From assembly GCA_964453155.1 (NCBI GenBank), contig CAYVQU010000002.1, positions 11,240-75,239 of the forward strand: 64,000 nucleotides of DNA, read 5' to 3'. The stretch comes from an uncultured Anaerolineales bacterium (GTDB taxonomy: Bacteria > Chloroflexota > Anaerolineae > Anaerolineales > UBA11858). This document shows, in pieces, positions 1-9,970 of this stretch (within the stretch, counting starts at the first letter, position 1; the number at the start of each line of letters is the position of its first letter). The notes beneath the pieces are model-generated. The model was given only the letters and a program-made list of their open reading frames with translations. It did no database searches and was not told where the DNA came from. The translations under genes and the position numbers were made by a program.

Positions 1-2544
1 CGTGAAGTGATGCACTTTGCGCTCCTATTTGGCTATGGGGCCAGCGCCATCAATCCCTATGGCGCGTTCGCCAGTATCTATGAGCTGGTCAACCAAGGTC
101 GTTGCGAGGGGGTGCAAAACTATTTGGAGGCCGAAAATAATTATCTAGAGGGTCTCCAGACCGGCCTACTAAAAGTATTATCCAAATTGGGCATTTCCAC
201 CTTGCGCAGCTATCATGGTGCCCAAACTTTTGAAGCCATTGGGTTGAGTGATGATCTCATCACGACCCATTTCACCGGGACAACGTCTCGAATCGGCGGA
301 TTGGGACTCACCGAAATCGCCCAAGAAGCCCTGCAGCAACACCAAATCGCGACCATAGAACGTCCCGCCTATTTACCATCGGAAGGGGTTTACCAGTACC
401 GTAAAGATGGCGAAAAACACGCCTGGAACCCCGAGACTATCTACCTACTCCAATGGGCTGCCCGCACCCATAGTTATGAAAAATATAAAGAATTCGCGGC
501 CCGAGTTAATCAGCAAAACCAGCGGCCGCATGTGTTGCGAGGCTTACTCAATTTTGTCGACCGCGACCCAATCCCCCTCGCTGAAGTCGAACCGGCCACC
601 AAAATTCTCAAACGCTTCACCACCGGCGCGATGTCGTTTGGCTCACTGGGGAAAGAAATCCATGAAACCATCGCCATCGCGATGAACGCTATCGGCGGCC
701 GCAGTAACTCAGGGGAGGGCGGCGAAAATCCGGCTCGCTATCAACCCCTGGCCGATGGCACCTTGAGCCGCAGCGCGATCAAACAGGTGGCCTCAGGACG
801 ATTTGGGGTCACCATTGACTACCTGGTCAATGCTGACGAACTCCAAATTAAAGTCGCTCAGGGCGCCAAACCCGGAGAAGGAGGACAGTTGCCCGGCTTC
901 AAGGTCGATGAAAAAATTGCCGCCACCCGTTATTCCACCCCTGGGGTGACGCTGATCTCCCCGCCGCCCCATCACGATATTTACTCTATCGAAGACCTGA
1001 AGCAGTTGATCTTCGATCTCAAAAATGCCAACCCCCAGGCCCGGATCAGCGTCAAACTGGTGTCGGAAGCCGGAGTGGGGACGATTGCGGCCGGGGTCGC
1101 CAAAGCCCATGCCGACAATATTGTCATCAGCGGCTATGACGGCGGCACCGGAGCCAGCCCCCAAAGCTCGATCAAACATGCTGGGCTGCCGTTCGAATTG
1201 GGAATTGCCGAAACGCACCAAACCCTGGTGTTGAACAACCTGCGTGGCCGGGTTAGGCTGCAAACCGATGGCCAACTAAAAACCGGGCGCGATGTGGTTC
1301 TGGCCGCAATCTTAGGGGCTGATGAATTTGCCTTTGGCACTGCGGCCCTGATCGTTTTGGGCTGTGTGATGATGCGCAAATGCCACCAAAATACCTGCCC
1401 GGTGGGGATCGCTACCCAAAACCCCAAGTTGCGCGAGAATTTTGCGGGCCAAGCCCAACATCTGATCAACTACTTTAAATTTCTAACCGCCGAGGTGCGG
1501 GAAATTATGGCCCAACTCGGAATTCGGACCTTTGATGAACTCATCGGACGAACGGATTTGGTGCAAGCCCGGGCGACCGATCATTGGAAGGTCGGCACCC
1601 TAGACCTGGAACGGCTGCTTTACCAACCTGCCGAAGCCGCTGACAACCCCACCCGTTGTGTAACCGCCCAAGTCCAAGATGTTGACCCAGTTTTAGATCA
1701 AACCTTGATTAAGCAAGCCCAATCCGCCCTGGACGCCCAGAAACCGGTCCATATTGAAATGCCGATTACCAATGTCAACCGGGCCGTGGGGACGATGCTG
1801 TCGGGTGAAGTCGCCCGGCGCTATGGGAACGCCGGTTTGCCGGATGAGACCATCCAATTTGATTTTCAAGGCAGCGCCGGACAAAGCTTTGGGGCCTTTC
1901 TGGCCCCCGGCATCACCCTGCGGCTGCACGGCGACGCCAACGATTATTTTGGAAAAGGGTTATCTGGCGGCAAACTAATCACCGTCCCGCCCGCGGGGAG
2001 CGCGTTCGTGCCTGAAGAGAATATCATCATCGGTAACACGGCTCTGTATGGGGCCACTTCCGGCGAAGCCTATGTGCGCGGGATCGCCGGAGAGCGCTTT
2101 GGGGTCCGCAACAGCGGCGCGCTGGCCGTGGCGGAGGGGGTCGGCGACCATGGGGCCGAATACATGACCGGGGGCCGTCTAGTCGTTTTAGGTTCTGTGG
2201 GCCGTAATTTTGCCGCCGGGATGAGCGGGGGTATCGCCTATGTCCTAAATGTGGATGGTATGTTCGGGTATTTTTGCAATCAAGAAATGGTCGAACTATC
2301 ACCGGCTATCGAGTTAGACGATCAAAAATGGATTAAGTTGCTGCTCACCAATCACTACCATTACACCGGCAGCACCCTGGCCGAGAACATCCTGGCGAAT
2401 TGGTCGCAGTTTATGCCCCGTTTTGTCAAAGTGTTGCCACTAGACTACAAACGAGTCCTGGCGCAATCTGAAAATCTGGCCCAAATCCAACAGGCTGATC
2501 AACTCATGCTCGAGGCCGCCCACACTCCTATGGAGGTGTCCTGA
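1..2544 (+). CDS. gltB: glutamate synthase large subunit, C-terminal part (5' end cut by window edge)
   Basis: The ORF is open from base 1 in frame 1. It has FMN/TIM-barrel region motifs (KVAQGAKPGEGGQLPG, ISPPPHHDIYSIEDL, CHQNTCPVGIATQ) and a C-terminal GXGXG beta-helix domain (GDANDYFGKGLSGG...GGRLVVLG). Confidence 0.92.
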   Translation, partial: REVMHFALLFGYGASAINPYGAFASIYELVNQGRCEGVQNYLEAENNYLEGLQTGLLKVLSKLGISTLRSYHGAQTFEAIGLSDDLITTHFTGTTSRIGGLGLTEIAQEALQQHQIATIERPAYLPSEGVYQYRKDGEKHAWNPETIYLLQWAARTHSYEKYKEFAARVNQQNQRPHVLRGLLNFVDRDPIPLAEVEPATKILKRFTTGAMSFGSLGKEIHETIAIAMNAIGGRSNSGEGGENPARYQPLADGTLSRSAIKQVASGRFGVTIDYLVNADELQIKVAQGAKPGEGGQLPGFKVDEKIAATRYSTPGVTLISPPPHHDIYSIEDLKQLIFDLKNANPQARISVKLVSEAGVGTIAAGVAKAHADNIVISGYDGGTGASPQSSIKHAGLPFELGIAETHQTLVLNNLRGRVRLQTDGQLKTGRDVVLAAILGADEFAFGTAALIVLGCVMMRKCHQNTCPVGIATQNPKLRENFAGQAQHLINYFKFLTAEVREIMAQLGIRTFDELIGRTDLVQARATDHWKVGTLDLERLLYQPAEAADNPTRCVTAQVQDVDPVLDQTLIKQAQSALDAQKPVHIEMPITNVNRAVGTMLSGEVARRYGNAGLPDETIQFDFQGSAGQSFGAFLAPGITLRLHGDANDYFGKGLSGGKLITVPPAGSAFVPEENIIIGNTALYGATSGEAYVRGIAGERFGVRNSGALAVAEGVGDHGAEYMTGGRLVVLGSVGRNFAAGMSGGIAYVLNVDGMFGYFCNQEMVELSPAIELDDQKWIKLLLTNHYHYTGSTLAENILANWSQFMPRFVKVLPLDYKRVLAQSENLAQIQQADQLMLEAAHTPMEVS

Positions 2545-3974
2545 TGGCTGATCCCCACGGATTTTTACAGGTCGAACGCTCCGACAACCCTTATCGCCCC
2601 GTGGATTTGCGGGTCCGCGATTTCGCCGAAATAGAAACCCTACTCCCGGCCGCTGCACGCCAGGCGCAGGCCGCCCGTTGCATGGACTGTGGGGTCCCGT
2701 TTTGCCATTGGGGCTGCCCGGTCAGCAATCTGATCCCCGAATGGCAGGATAAACTCTACCATGGGGATTGGCGCGCTGCCTATGAATTACTCCAGCGCAC
2801 GAATAATTTCCCCGAGTTCACAGGCCGGGTGTGTCCTGCTCCCTGTGAGGGGTCCTGCGTGTTGGAAATTAACGACCAGGCTGTCACCATTCGTGCCAAC
2901 GAACTGGCCATCATCGAGCACGCTTTCGAGGCTGGATATGTGCAACCTCAGTCCCCACCCTTCCGGACCGGAAAAAAAGTGGCCGTCATCGGCAGCGGAC
3001 CCGCAGGTTTGGCCGCGGCGGACGAACTCAACCAAAGGGGGCATTCCGTGGTTTTATACGAGGCCGCGGCCGAAGTGGGAGGCTATTTGCGGTATGGGAT
3101 TCCGGATTTCAAGCTGGACAAGGCCGTCATCGACCGGCGGGTTGACATCCTGGTTCAGGAGGGAGTGGAAATTGTCACCGAGGTGAAAGTTGGGGTGGAT
3201 ATTCCTGTAGACGAACTCAAATCCCGGTTTGACGCCGTCTGCCTGGCAATTGGGGCCAGAATCCCGCGGGATTTAGCCATCCCTGGTCGAGATTTAGGGG
3301 GGATACACTTTGCCGTGGATTACCTCACCCAGCAAAACCAGGTCAACGCGGGCCTCCCCATTTCTGCCGCGGATCGATTTTTAGCCACCGGTAAAAATGT
3401 CGTCGTCATCGGGGGTGGCGATACCGGCGCTGATTGCGTCGGAACTGCTATCCGCCAGGGGGCTAAATCCGTCACCCAGTTGGAAATTATGCCCGAACCT
3501 CCGGCTGAGCGAAAAACTGACAATCCCTGGCCGTTGTGGCCGCGGACTTTGCGAACTTCGACTTCTCACCAAGAAGGGTGCGAACGGTATTTCAGCCTCG
3601 CCACTCAAAAATTCCAGGGCGAGAATGGGCAGGTCTCCAAGCTGGCAACCACCCGCGTCGACTGGCAACCCACTGCCAACGGTGGTTTTCAGATGAAAGA
3701 AATCTCAAATTCGGCCCAAGAATTCCCTGCTGAGGTGGTCCTGTTGGCGATGGGGTTTATCCAAATCGAAACGGAGGGATTGATTTCTGAGTTGGAAGTC
3801 CAACAAAATGAACGCGGCAGTCTGGCTTTGGACGAAAATATGATGACCAACCTCCCCGGCATTTTCGCGGCCGGAGATGCCCACCGCGGCCCTGCTCTGA
3901 TCGTGTGGGCCATTCAGGATGGCCGGGCGGTGGCGTCCGCTATTGATCAATATTTGCAAGATCGAAATTTCTGA
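2544..3974 (+). CDS. gltD: glutamate synthase small subunit (NADPH-dependent)
   Basis: It has N-terminal Cys clusters (CMDCGVPFC, CPAPCEGSC) and two dinucleotide-binding motifs (VAVIGSGPAGLAAA, VVVIGGGDTGADC). The ATG overlaps the gltB stop (ATGA coupling). Confidence 0.9.
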   Translation: MADPHGFLQVERSDNPYRPVDLRVRDFAEIETLLPAAARQAQAARCMDCGVPFCHWGCPVSNLIPEWQDKLYHGDWRAAYELLQRTNNFPEFTGRVCPAPCEGSCVLEINDQAVTIRANELAIIEHAFEAGYVQPQSPPFRTGKKVAVIGSGPAGLAAADELNQRGHSVVLYEAAAEVGGYLRYGIPDFKLDKAVIDRRVDILVQEGVEIVTEVKVGVDIPVDELKSRFDAVCLAIGARIPRDLAIPGRDLGGIHFAVDYLTQQNQVNAGLPISAADRFLATGKNVVVIGGGDTGADCVGTAIRQGAKSVTQLEIMPEPPAERKTDNPWPLWPRTLRTSTSHQEGCERYFSLATQKFQGENGQVSKLATTRVDWQPTANGGFQMKEISNSAQEFPAEVVLLAMGFIQIETEGLISELEVQQNERGSLALDENMMTNLPGIFAAGDAHRGPALIVWAIQDGRAVASAIDQYLQDRNF

Positions 3975-3977
3975 TTT

Positions 3978-4056
3978 GTCCAACTTATCTAACGGGTCTG
4001 AGCGGTCGGATCCGCTATACAAATTAGACCACTTAGACTTTTACGACCTTTTTGAC
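3978..4056. repeat. 9-bp-phased GTC/GAC word array forming an imperfect palindrome
   Basis: GTC or ATC occurs at 3978, 3987, 3996 and 4005. GAC occurs at 4027, 4036, 4045 and 4054, exactly 9 bp apart. The last unit (TTGACA) doubles as a -35 box. Confidence 0.7.
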
Positions 4057-4080
4057 AAATACTCTCCCCCATGCTACAAT
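4052..4080 (+). promoter_or_regulatory. sigma70-type promoter (TTGACA, 17-bp spacer, TACAAT)
   Basis: TTGACA lies at 4052-4057, the spacer is exactly 17 nt, and TACAAT lies at 4075-4080. Confidence 0.6.
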
Positions 4081-4086
4081 CCTGCC

Positions 4087-4220
4087 CGGCGAGAGCACGC
4101 TGCCGCACGGCCGAAACTGATAAATCAGTCCTTGGCCCGTTGATACCTCGATAGAATGATCTACAATAGATTTTTTGAAGCGTTGATTAACCCGGTTGGC
4201 AGGTGCCACCGGGATTTTTT
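4087..4220 (+). ncRNA. candidate ~135-nt small RNA or terminated leader; family not recognised
   Basis: It is bounded by the near-consensus promoter at 4052-4080 and a strong intrinsic terminator at 4191-4220. It has internal hairpins (for example ACUGA-UAAA-UCAGU) and no credible ORF. It lies 220 nt upstream of rnj. Confidence 0.3.
4191..4220 (+). terminator. Rho-independent terminator
   Basis: The stem is CCCGG(U)UGGC / GCCACCGGG (9 bp with one bulge), the loop is AGGU, and AUUUUUUG follows. Confidence 0.7.
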
Positions 4221-4441
4221 GTTCCTACCCGCGTGTTCTCTGTAGCGATATCTGGTTCCCTGTGATGATTGGTTGAACATAAAAGGATCGCTACCCTAAC
4301 TTAAAACTATTCCCTCGAGATACAGAGGGTTTAAATACAATTCCATATCCGTTTCTTGACAGGTTACAGGACAGGCGTAAACCGTTTTTCGGGTTAAGCG
4401 CGTCTATCACCTGGGATTTGGGCGGATGAAAAGGTGAAAAA

Positions 4442-6079
4442 ATGAATAAAAAATTACGCATCATTCCCCTGGGTGGTCTGGGGGAAGTCGGTAAAAACAT
4501 GATGATCTACGAATACGATGATCAAATTTTGATCGTCGATACCGGGATCATGTTCCCCGACAACGATATGCTGGGGATCGACTATATCATCCCTGATTTC
4601 CAATATCTCAAAGATAACCGTGACAAAGTTGTGGGGATCGTTATTACCCACGGGCACGAAGATCATACTGGGGCCATCCGCCACGTTTTAGAAGAAATCA
4701 ATGCCCCCATCTATGCTACCCCGCTGACCCGCGGCTTAATCGAAGTGAAACTGTCGAAGGCTGGTTTACTGGGCGCGGCCGAACTGGTCACCGTCCAGGC
4801 CGGAGAAATGGTCGAAATCGGCCCCTTCGAAGTCGAATTCTTCCACGTCTGTCACTCGGTGCCCGATGCAGTTGGACTGGGGATCAACACGCCCGAAGGC
4901 TTGATCGTCCATGCCAGCGACTACAAATTTGACCCCACCCCCGTGGATGGTTGGCCCACCGATTTTGCCAAACTGGCCGAACTCTCGGGGCGCGGCGTCC
5001 TGGCTCTCTTTGCCGACTCCACCAACGCCGACAAACCCGGCTGGACCCCCTCTGAACGGGTCATTGACGGTGCGCTGGACGAAGTTTTCGCCCAGGCTCC
5101 CGGTCGAATTTTGGTAGCCTCCTTCGCCTCGCTGATCTCTCGGATGCAGCAGGTTGCCAACGCCGCTCACCGGCATGGTAAAAAATTGGCCTTTGTGGGG
5201 ATGAGCATGACGGCCAATGCTGAAATGGCTCAAAAATTAGGGTATTTGGACATCCCTGCCGGGGTAGAAGTGCCCCTGGATCAGGCCCTCAAAATGCAGG
5301 ATAGCAAAGTGGTTTTGATGTGCACCGGTTCTCAAGGCGAGCCCTCCTCAATTTTAGGTCGGCTCTCGGCCGGAACGAATCGCCGCTTTTCAGTTCAAGC
5401 CGGGGACACCATCGTGCTTTCTTCTCACCCCATTCCGGGGAATGAAGAGACCATTTACCGCACCATCAACCGCTTGTTCCGCCGCGGGGCCAATGTGATC
5501 TACGAACCGCTCTACTCGGTTCACGTTTCAGGCCACGCCAACCAAGATGAAATGCGCTTGCTGCTCCATCTGGTCAAACCCAAATACTTCATCCCCACCC
5601 ACGGTGAACTCCGCCACCTGAAACAGCACGCCCTCATCGCTGAAGATGCCGGAATCCCCTGGGAAAACATCGAAGTGATCGAAAACGGTCAAATCGTAGA
5701 GTTTTCCAACGGGATGATGCGCCTCGGCGACCGGATCCCCGGCGGCTATGTCTTCGTGGACGGGGCCCGCCCCGGCGAAGTCGGTCCCAGTGTGGTCCGC
5801 GAACGCGAAGCCCTGGCCCGGGACGGCATCGTCCTCGTCAGCCTAGCTCTAGACCAAAACGGCCGTTTACTCGACGAACCCGAGATCATCACCCGCGGCT
5901 TCATCTACAAACGCGACGCCGATGACCTCCTCAGCGAGACCATCGTCCGCATCGAAGATGTCATCGAACGCGGTAATGGCAGCATCCACGATGATGTCAA
6001 ACAAACCGTGCGCTCGTTCCTGTACAATGAAACGAAACGCCGTCCGCAGGTGTTTGTGACTTTAAGTTGGGTTAATTGA
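4442..6079 (+). CDS. rnj: ribonuclease J
   Basis: The N-terminus (LRIIPLGGLGEVGKNM), the metallo-beta-lactamase motif (THGHEDHTG), the beta-CASP region and the 545-aa length are all typical of RNase J. Confidence 0.9.
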   Translation: MNKKLRIIPLGGLGEVGKNMMIYEYDDQILIVDTGIMFPDNDMLGIDYIIPDFQYLKDNRDKVVGIVITHGHEDHTGAIRHVLEEINAPIYATPLTRGLIEVKLSKAGLLGAAELVTVQAGEMVEIGPFEVEFFHVCHSVPDAVGLGINTPEGLIVHASDYKFDPTPVDGWPTDFAKLAELSGRGVLALFADSTNADKPGWTPSERVIDGALDEVFAQAPGRILVASFASLISRMQQVANAAHRHGKKLAFVGMSMTANAEMAQKLGYLDIPAGVEVPLDQALKMQDSKVVLMCTGSQGEPSSILGRLSAGTNRRFSVQAGDTIVLSSHPIPGNEETIYRTINRLFRRGANVIYEPLYSVHVSGHANQDEMRLLLHLVKPKYFIPTHGELRHLKQHALIAEDAGIPWENIEVIENGQIVEFSNGMMRLGDRIPGGYVFVDGARPGEVGPSVVREREALARDGIVLVSLALDQNGRLLDEPEIITRGFIYKRDADDLLSETIVRIEDVIERGNGSIHDDVKQTVRSFLYNETKRRPQVFVTLSWVN

Positions 6080-6093
6080 TCACAACAAAATTT

Positions 6094-6330
6094 ACCGCTA
6101 ATCTACGCGAATAAACGCGAATTTGAAATTATTCGGAGAAATTTGTAGAAGTCAGATAGAGCTTGAACATCGTTGAGGCGCTGAGCGCGCAGAGATTTTT
6201 TCAATTTCGTGAGAAGATCCAGCGAACTCCGCGTCTCCGCGGTGAAAAAAAGTTTTCAAGCTGTGTTGACGACCATTACATAATCACCGTGAATTTAAAG
6301 TTATTCGTGAAAATTCGCTAGATTAGCGGT
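6094..6330. repeat. nested long inverted repeat filling the rnj-hemY spacer
   Basis: The outer arms are perfect over 12 bp: ACCGCTAATCTA (6094-6105) and TAGATTAGCGGT (6319-6330). The middle arms are GCTTGAA (6161-6167) and TTCAAGC (6255-6261). The inner part uses CGCAGAG/CTCCGCG words. The arms are built from ~10-bp-phased CGCGAAT/ATTCGCG words. Confidence 0.75.
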
Positions 6331-6447
6331 TTTTTTATTTTTCTGGGGGAAATTTCATGAAACACACACCAAAACCTATGTAAACCTACATCGTCTGATT
6401 TTTCACAAACGAATAAAATCGACGCACATCAACTTTTGGAGTACTTA

Positions 6448-7869
6448 ATGGTATCGACTCAGAATGCGTCGCAACATATTGTCATCGTTGGGGGTGGGAT
6501 CACCGGGCTGAGTGCAGCCTGGGAAATTCAACAAACTACTGATGAAAATATTACCTTTACTGTTTTAGAAAAATCAGATCGCTGGGGCGGCAAAGTTGTC
6601 ACCCAGACTATTGATCATCCCTCCGGCGAGCAATTCACCATTGACGCCGGGCCTGAGTCCTTCATTACCCGCAAACCCGAAGCCTGGGAACTGGTTCAAG
6701 AACTCGAAATGGATGACCAAGCCATTGATCCTGGCAGTGAAACCCAGCAGATCTACGTCTTGGATGATGGTAAGCCAGTTGCCATTCCCCTTTCGCCGCC
6801 CGCGTTCATCACCTCGAAATTGATGACCTGGCATGGTAAATTGCGGATGCTGGCGGAACCGTTCATCCCCGCCAAGCGGGATGGAGAAGACGAATCGCTG
6901 GCTCAATTTGCAGACCGGAGATTGGGGATCGAGGCCCGGGAAAAATTTATTGGCCCGGTGCTGGCGGGAATCTACAATACCAACCCCGAAACCCAAAGTA
7001 TCCTGACGACCTCCCCCATCATGCGGGAGATGGAAGCCGAATACGGTGGCCTGTTCAAAGGCGCTTTTGGCCGCATGCGGGTCGCTCGGAAAGAGAAAAA
7101 AATGGGTGAGCCGCAGAAACCACGTTTTGTGACTTTCAAAAACGGAGCCGAAGAACTCATCGCTCGTTTGGTAGAGAAACTAGACGGGGATTTACGCTTG
7201 AATACCGGGGTAACCAACATCACAAAAAATAGTACTGGCTACCAGGTTCAACTCACAGATGGCACGCAACTCGCAGCCGATGGCGTCATCCTGACGACGA
7301 TGGCCAATGTGAGCGCGCAAATTTTGGCTGAGATTGCTTCTGAGGCCGCGGCCGAACTCGTAAAAATCCGACACACGAATATCGGCACGATATCGTTGGC
7401 CTACGATCAAGCTCAGATCACAGATTTACCTTTTCGCGGATTGATGATCCCCCGGAGAGAAAAACGCGACATCGACGCCGTGACCTACACTTCGGCCAAA
7501 TTGGATATTCGCGCCCCCAAAGACTGCTCACTGGTTCGGGTGTTCTTCGGAGCCGGGAATCCCGACACCGTTCACCTGGATGATGACACCCTGTTGGCGA
7601 CCGTAAAACGGGAGTTACGGGAACTACTCGACATCCAAGTTGAACCTAGCGATTACCGCGTTTGCCGCTGGCCCGCTGAATTCCCCCAGGCCGACGTCGG
7701 TCACCTGGACCGCGTTGATGCCATTGAAGCCGCTCTCCCGGTTGGTCTGTACCTCGCCGGGAGTTCCTACCGCGGCATTGGCGTCCCCGATTGCGTCCGC
7801 CAGGGGAGAGATACAGCACTAGAATCGATAAAAAACATCACGCAAAGGCGTCAAGTCGCAAAGTTTTAA
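6448..7869 (+). CDS. hemY: protoporphyrinogen/coproporphyrinogen III oxidase (HemY/PPOX family)
   Basis: It has the FAD-binding motif IVIVGGGITGLSAAW and HemY-like length and layout. I chose the ATG at 6448 (GGAG sits 6 nt upstream) over the TTG at 6436. Confidence 0.8.
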   Translation: MVSTQNASQHIVIVGGGITGLSAAWEIQQTTDENITFTVLEKSDRWGGKVVTQTIDHPSGEQFTIDAGPESFITRKPEAWELVQELEMDDQAIDPGSETQQIYVLDDGKPVAIPLSPPAFITSKLMTWHGKLRMLAEPFIPAKRDGEDESLAQFADRRLGIEAREKFIGPVLAGIYNTNPETQSILTTSPIMREMEAEYGGLFKGAFGRMRVARKEKKMGEPQKPRFVTFKNGAEELIARLVEKLDGDLRLNTGVTNITKNSTGYQVQLTDGTQLAADGVILTTMANVSAQILAEIASEAAAELVKIRHTNIGTISLAYDQAQITDLPFRGLMIPRREKRDIDAVTYTSAKLDIRAPKDCSLVRVFFGAGNPDTVHLDDDTLLATVKRELRELLDIQVEPSDYRVCRWPAEFPQADVGHLDRVDAIEAALPVGLYLAGSSYRGIGVPDCVRQGRDTALESIKNITQRRQVAKF

Positions 7870-7925
7870 GTTTTTCATAGCGCCTTTGCGGCTCTGCGTG
7901 ATTAAAAGTATTAAGGAGAGAATTT

Positions 7926-9254
7926 ATGAAAACAGTTGTAAAAATTTTGAATTATATTCGTCTGGCCTTGTTCCCGATTGGGTACGGCCTGACCGGAGCC
8001 TTGATTGGCGGCACCTTGAACCGCATCATGATCGCCGATATTGGCCTGCCCGCTTCTTTGGTAGGGTTGTTCTTTGCCGTCCCGCTGATGATTTCTCCCT
8101 TGCGGGTTTGGCTGGGCTATCGCTCAGACGGATTCCCCATCATGGGCCGCCGCCGTGAGCCGTATATGATCTTGGGCTTCGTTTTGGCGGGGATTGGGAT
8201 CCTATTGATCACCACCATTTCTGTGGGAATCGGTAAAGTCAACATGGCGCTGGTTGCCGGTGTATTCGTGGCCTTTGCAACCTATGGTTTGGGCCGCAAC
8301 TTAGCGCACAACTCCTTCCAGGCCCTGATCGCCGATAAGTTTAAGGGCGACCAACGCCCCCGCGCGGTCACCGCCTACGAAGTTGCTACGATGATCGGGC
8401 TGATTATTGGGGCTGGTGGTCTCGGTGGCGCGCTTAAAACTTATGATCCAGGCAAACTGGTCCAGGTCGCGATTGGCGTGGCGATCATCGCCCTGGTACT
8501 GACCTTCCTGGGCGCCATCGGTCAGGAACCCCGCACCGATGTCACCACCAAGGCCTCCGACAAGGCCCGCGAAACATCCTTCGCCGAATCGGTAAAAACC
8601 TTGATCTTGCCCGATCCCCAAATTCGCCTATTCTTTATCCTCGTATTCTTTACGATGGTCGGTACCCTGGCACAAGATGTTTTACTAGAACCCTACGGGG
8701 CGCTGGTGTTGGGTATGGAAGTCGGTGAGACCACCAAACTGACCCAGTTCTGGGGGATTGGCGTGCTGATTAGTATGCTCGTCTCCGGGGTTTTCCTGAT
8801 CAAATGGCTCGGACAGATGACCGTCTTGCGAATGGGGATTGTTGCCAGCATTTTGGTTTTCGTTGGGATCATCGTCGCTGGGATGGCTGGTAACGTCGGT
8901 CTGTTCAACCAACTTGTGCTGGTTATGGGCCTGGGCACCGGGCTGGCTGGTGCCGGTTTGTTAGCCGGGATCGTCAATTTCACGACCGTTATTCGAGCAG
9001 GATTATTGATGGGTGTTTGGGGGATGGCCAACCAGGTCGGGCATGCTTTCGGCAGCCTGATGGGCGGCGGCGTGGTTGATATCATGCAATCGGTCACCGG
9101 CGGGGATGCGTTTGTATCCTATGCGACAGTATTCGCCCTTGAGGTCGTCATGCTAGTCGTCGCCCTGTGGATGACCACCCGCCTCGACGTCCGCGCCGCA
9201 CAGGTGCAGGTTGAGGAAGTTACCCAGTTGGATGGGAGTGGAGCTGCGGAATAA
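7926..9254 (+). CDS. BCD-family MFS transporter (PucC/LhaA-like)
   Basis: GTLNRIMIADIGLPASLVGLFFAVPLMISPLRVWLGYRSDG...GRRREPYMILG closely parallels the conserved N-terminal block of PucC/LhaA proteins. It has about 12 predicted TM segments. Confidence 0.8.
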   Translation: MKTVVKILNYIRLALFPIGYGLTGALIGGTLNRIMIADIGLPASLVGLFFAVPLMISPLRVWLGYRSDGFPIMGRRREPYMILGFVLAGIGILLITTISVGIGKVNMALVAGVFVAFATYGLGRNLAHNSFQALIADKFKGDQRPRAVTAYEVATMIGLIIGAGGLGGALKTYDPGKLVQVAIGVAIIALVLTFLGAIGQEPRTDVTTKASDKARETSFAESVKTLILPDPQIRLFFILVFFTMVGTLAQDVLLEPYGALVLGMEVGETTKLTQFWGIGVLISMLVSGVFLIKWLGQMTVLRMGIVASILVFVGIIVAGMAGNVGLFNQLVLVMGLGTGLAGAGLLAGIVNFTTVIRAGLLMGVWGMANQVGHAFGSLMGGGVVDIMQSVTGGDAFVSYATVFALEVVMLVVALWMTTRLDVRAAQVQVEEVTQLDGSGAAE

Positions 9255-9279
9255 TCGTATTTTCCCCCAAAATCTTGTT

Positions 9280-9309
9280 GTAGGGGCGGGTTTCGAAACC
9301 CGCCCCTAC
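9280..9309. repeat. REP-like perfect palindrome GTAGGGGCGGGTTTC/GAAACCCGCCCCTAC
   Basis: It is a 30-bp perfect palindrome between convergent genes (7926-9254 + and 9314-9583 -). Confidence 0.85.
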
Positions 9310-9313
9310 GCGT

Positions 9314-9583
9314 TTAATCATGCCCTTTTTGGATCCGTTTTACCTGACGGAAGAATTCGATCCCATCCCAGATGGTGGTGATGGCGACGATGCCCAGAAC
9401 GCCAGAGAGGGTGTTATTCACTACAAATCCTGACCCGATCAGGATGACAACGCCCAATATGATGAAGGGTAGCCCTAAACGGGTACCAAATGTAGGGGTT
9501 AGACGACGGACGAGGATATGTCCGACCGCGATGGTGGCGAAACTGGTGATCGCGAGAATGATGCCGGCAAATTGCAAACTCAT
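9314..9583 (-). CDS. small integral membrane protein (3 TM), unknown function
   Basis: The 89-aa ORF is hydrophobic, and its start overlaps the stop of the upstream small membrane gene. Confidence 0.55.
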   Translation of the reverse strand: MSLQFAGIILAITSFATIAVGHILVRRLTPTFGTRLGLPFIILGVVILIGSGFVVNNTLSGVLGIVAITTIWDGIEFFRQVKRIQKGHD

Positions 9584-9873
9584 TTACGGTCCCCTTTGTT
9601 AGGATTGGCCGGGAAGATGCCGCGGGCGACGCGTTCCTCCTGATCGGGGAGTTCAGTGGCACCCCAGGCGATTGAACCGCCGATGATCCCTAGCAAGGCG
9701 GAACCCCAAAACGAGGGAATCCATAGGGAGGCGAGGCACAGGAGAATTCCCAGGGCCAGGACTCCCTTCCAAACATGGGCGCCCACATAAAATTCCAGTT
9801 TAATGACCCATATAAACCCGATCCCGATCGCAAAAAGTGTCAATAAGCCGATAAATAGTCCAGTTAAATTCAT
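9580..9873 (-). CDS. small integral membrane protein, unknown function
   Basis: I trimmed the ORF to the internal ATG (MNLTGLFIG...). The longer 9580-10035 form would overlap pcm, and its extension is encoded by an 8-bp TGGTTTGT repeat. Confidence 0.5.
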   Translation of the reverse strand: MNLTGLFIGLLTLFAIGIGFIWVIKLEFYVGAHVWKGVLALGILLCLASLWIPSFWGSALLGIIGGSIAWGATELPDQEERVARGIFPANPNKGDRK

Positions 9874-9970
9874 GTAATTTCCTGACAGGGGGGCTAGTTT
9901 GTGGGTTTGTTGGTTTGTTGGTTTGTTCGTTTTTTTCCCTAACGACCCAACTATCCAACCATCAAACCAA

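Noticed and set aside
4356-4384. Second TTGACA hexamer as an rnj promoter
   Set aside because: No acceptable -10 lies at 16-18 bp (TAAACC / AAACCG), so it is not reported as a feature.
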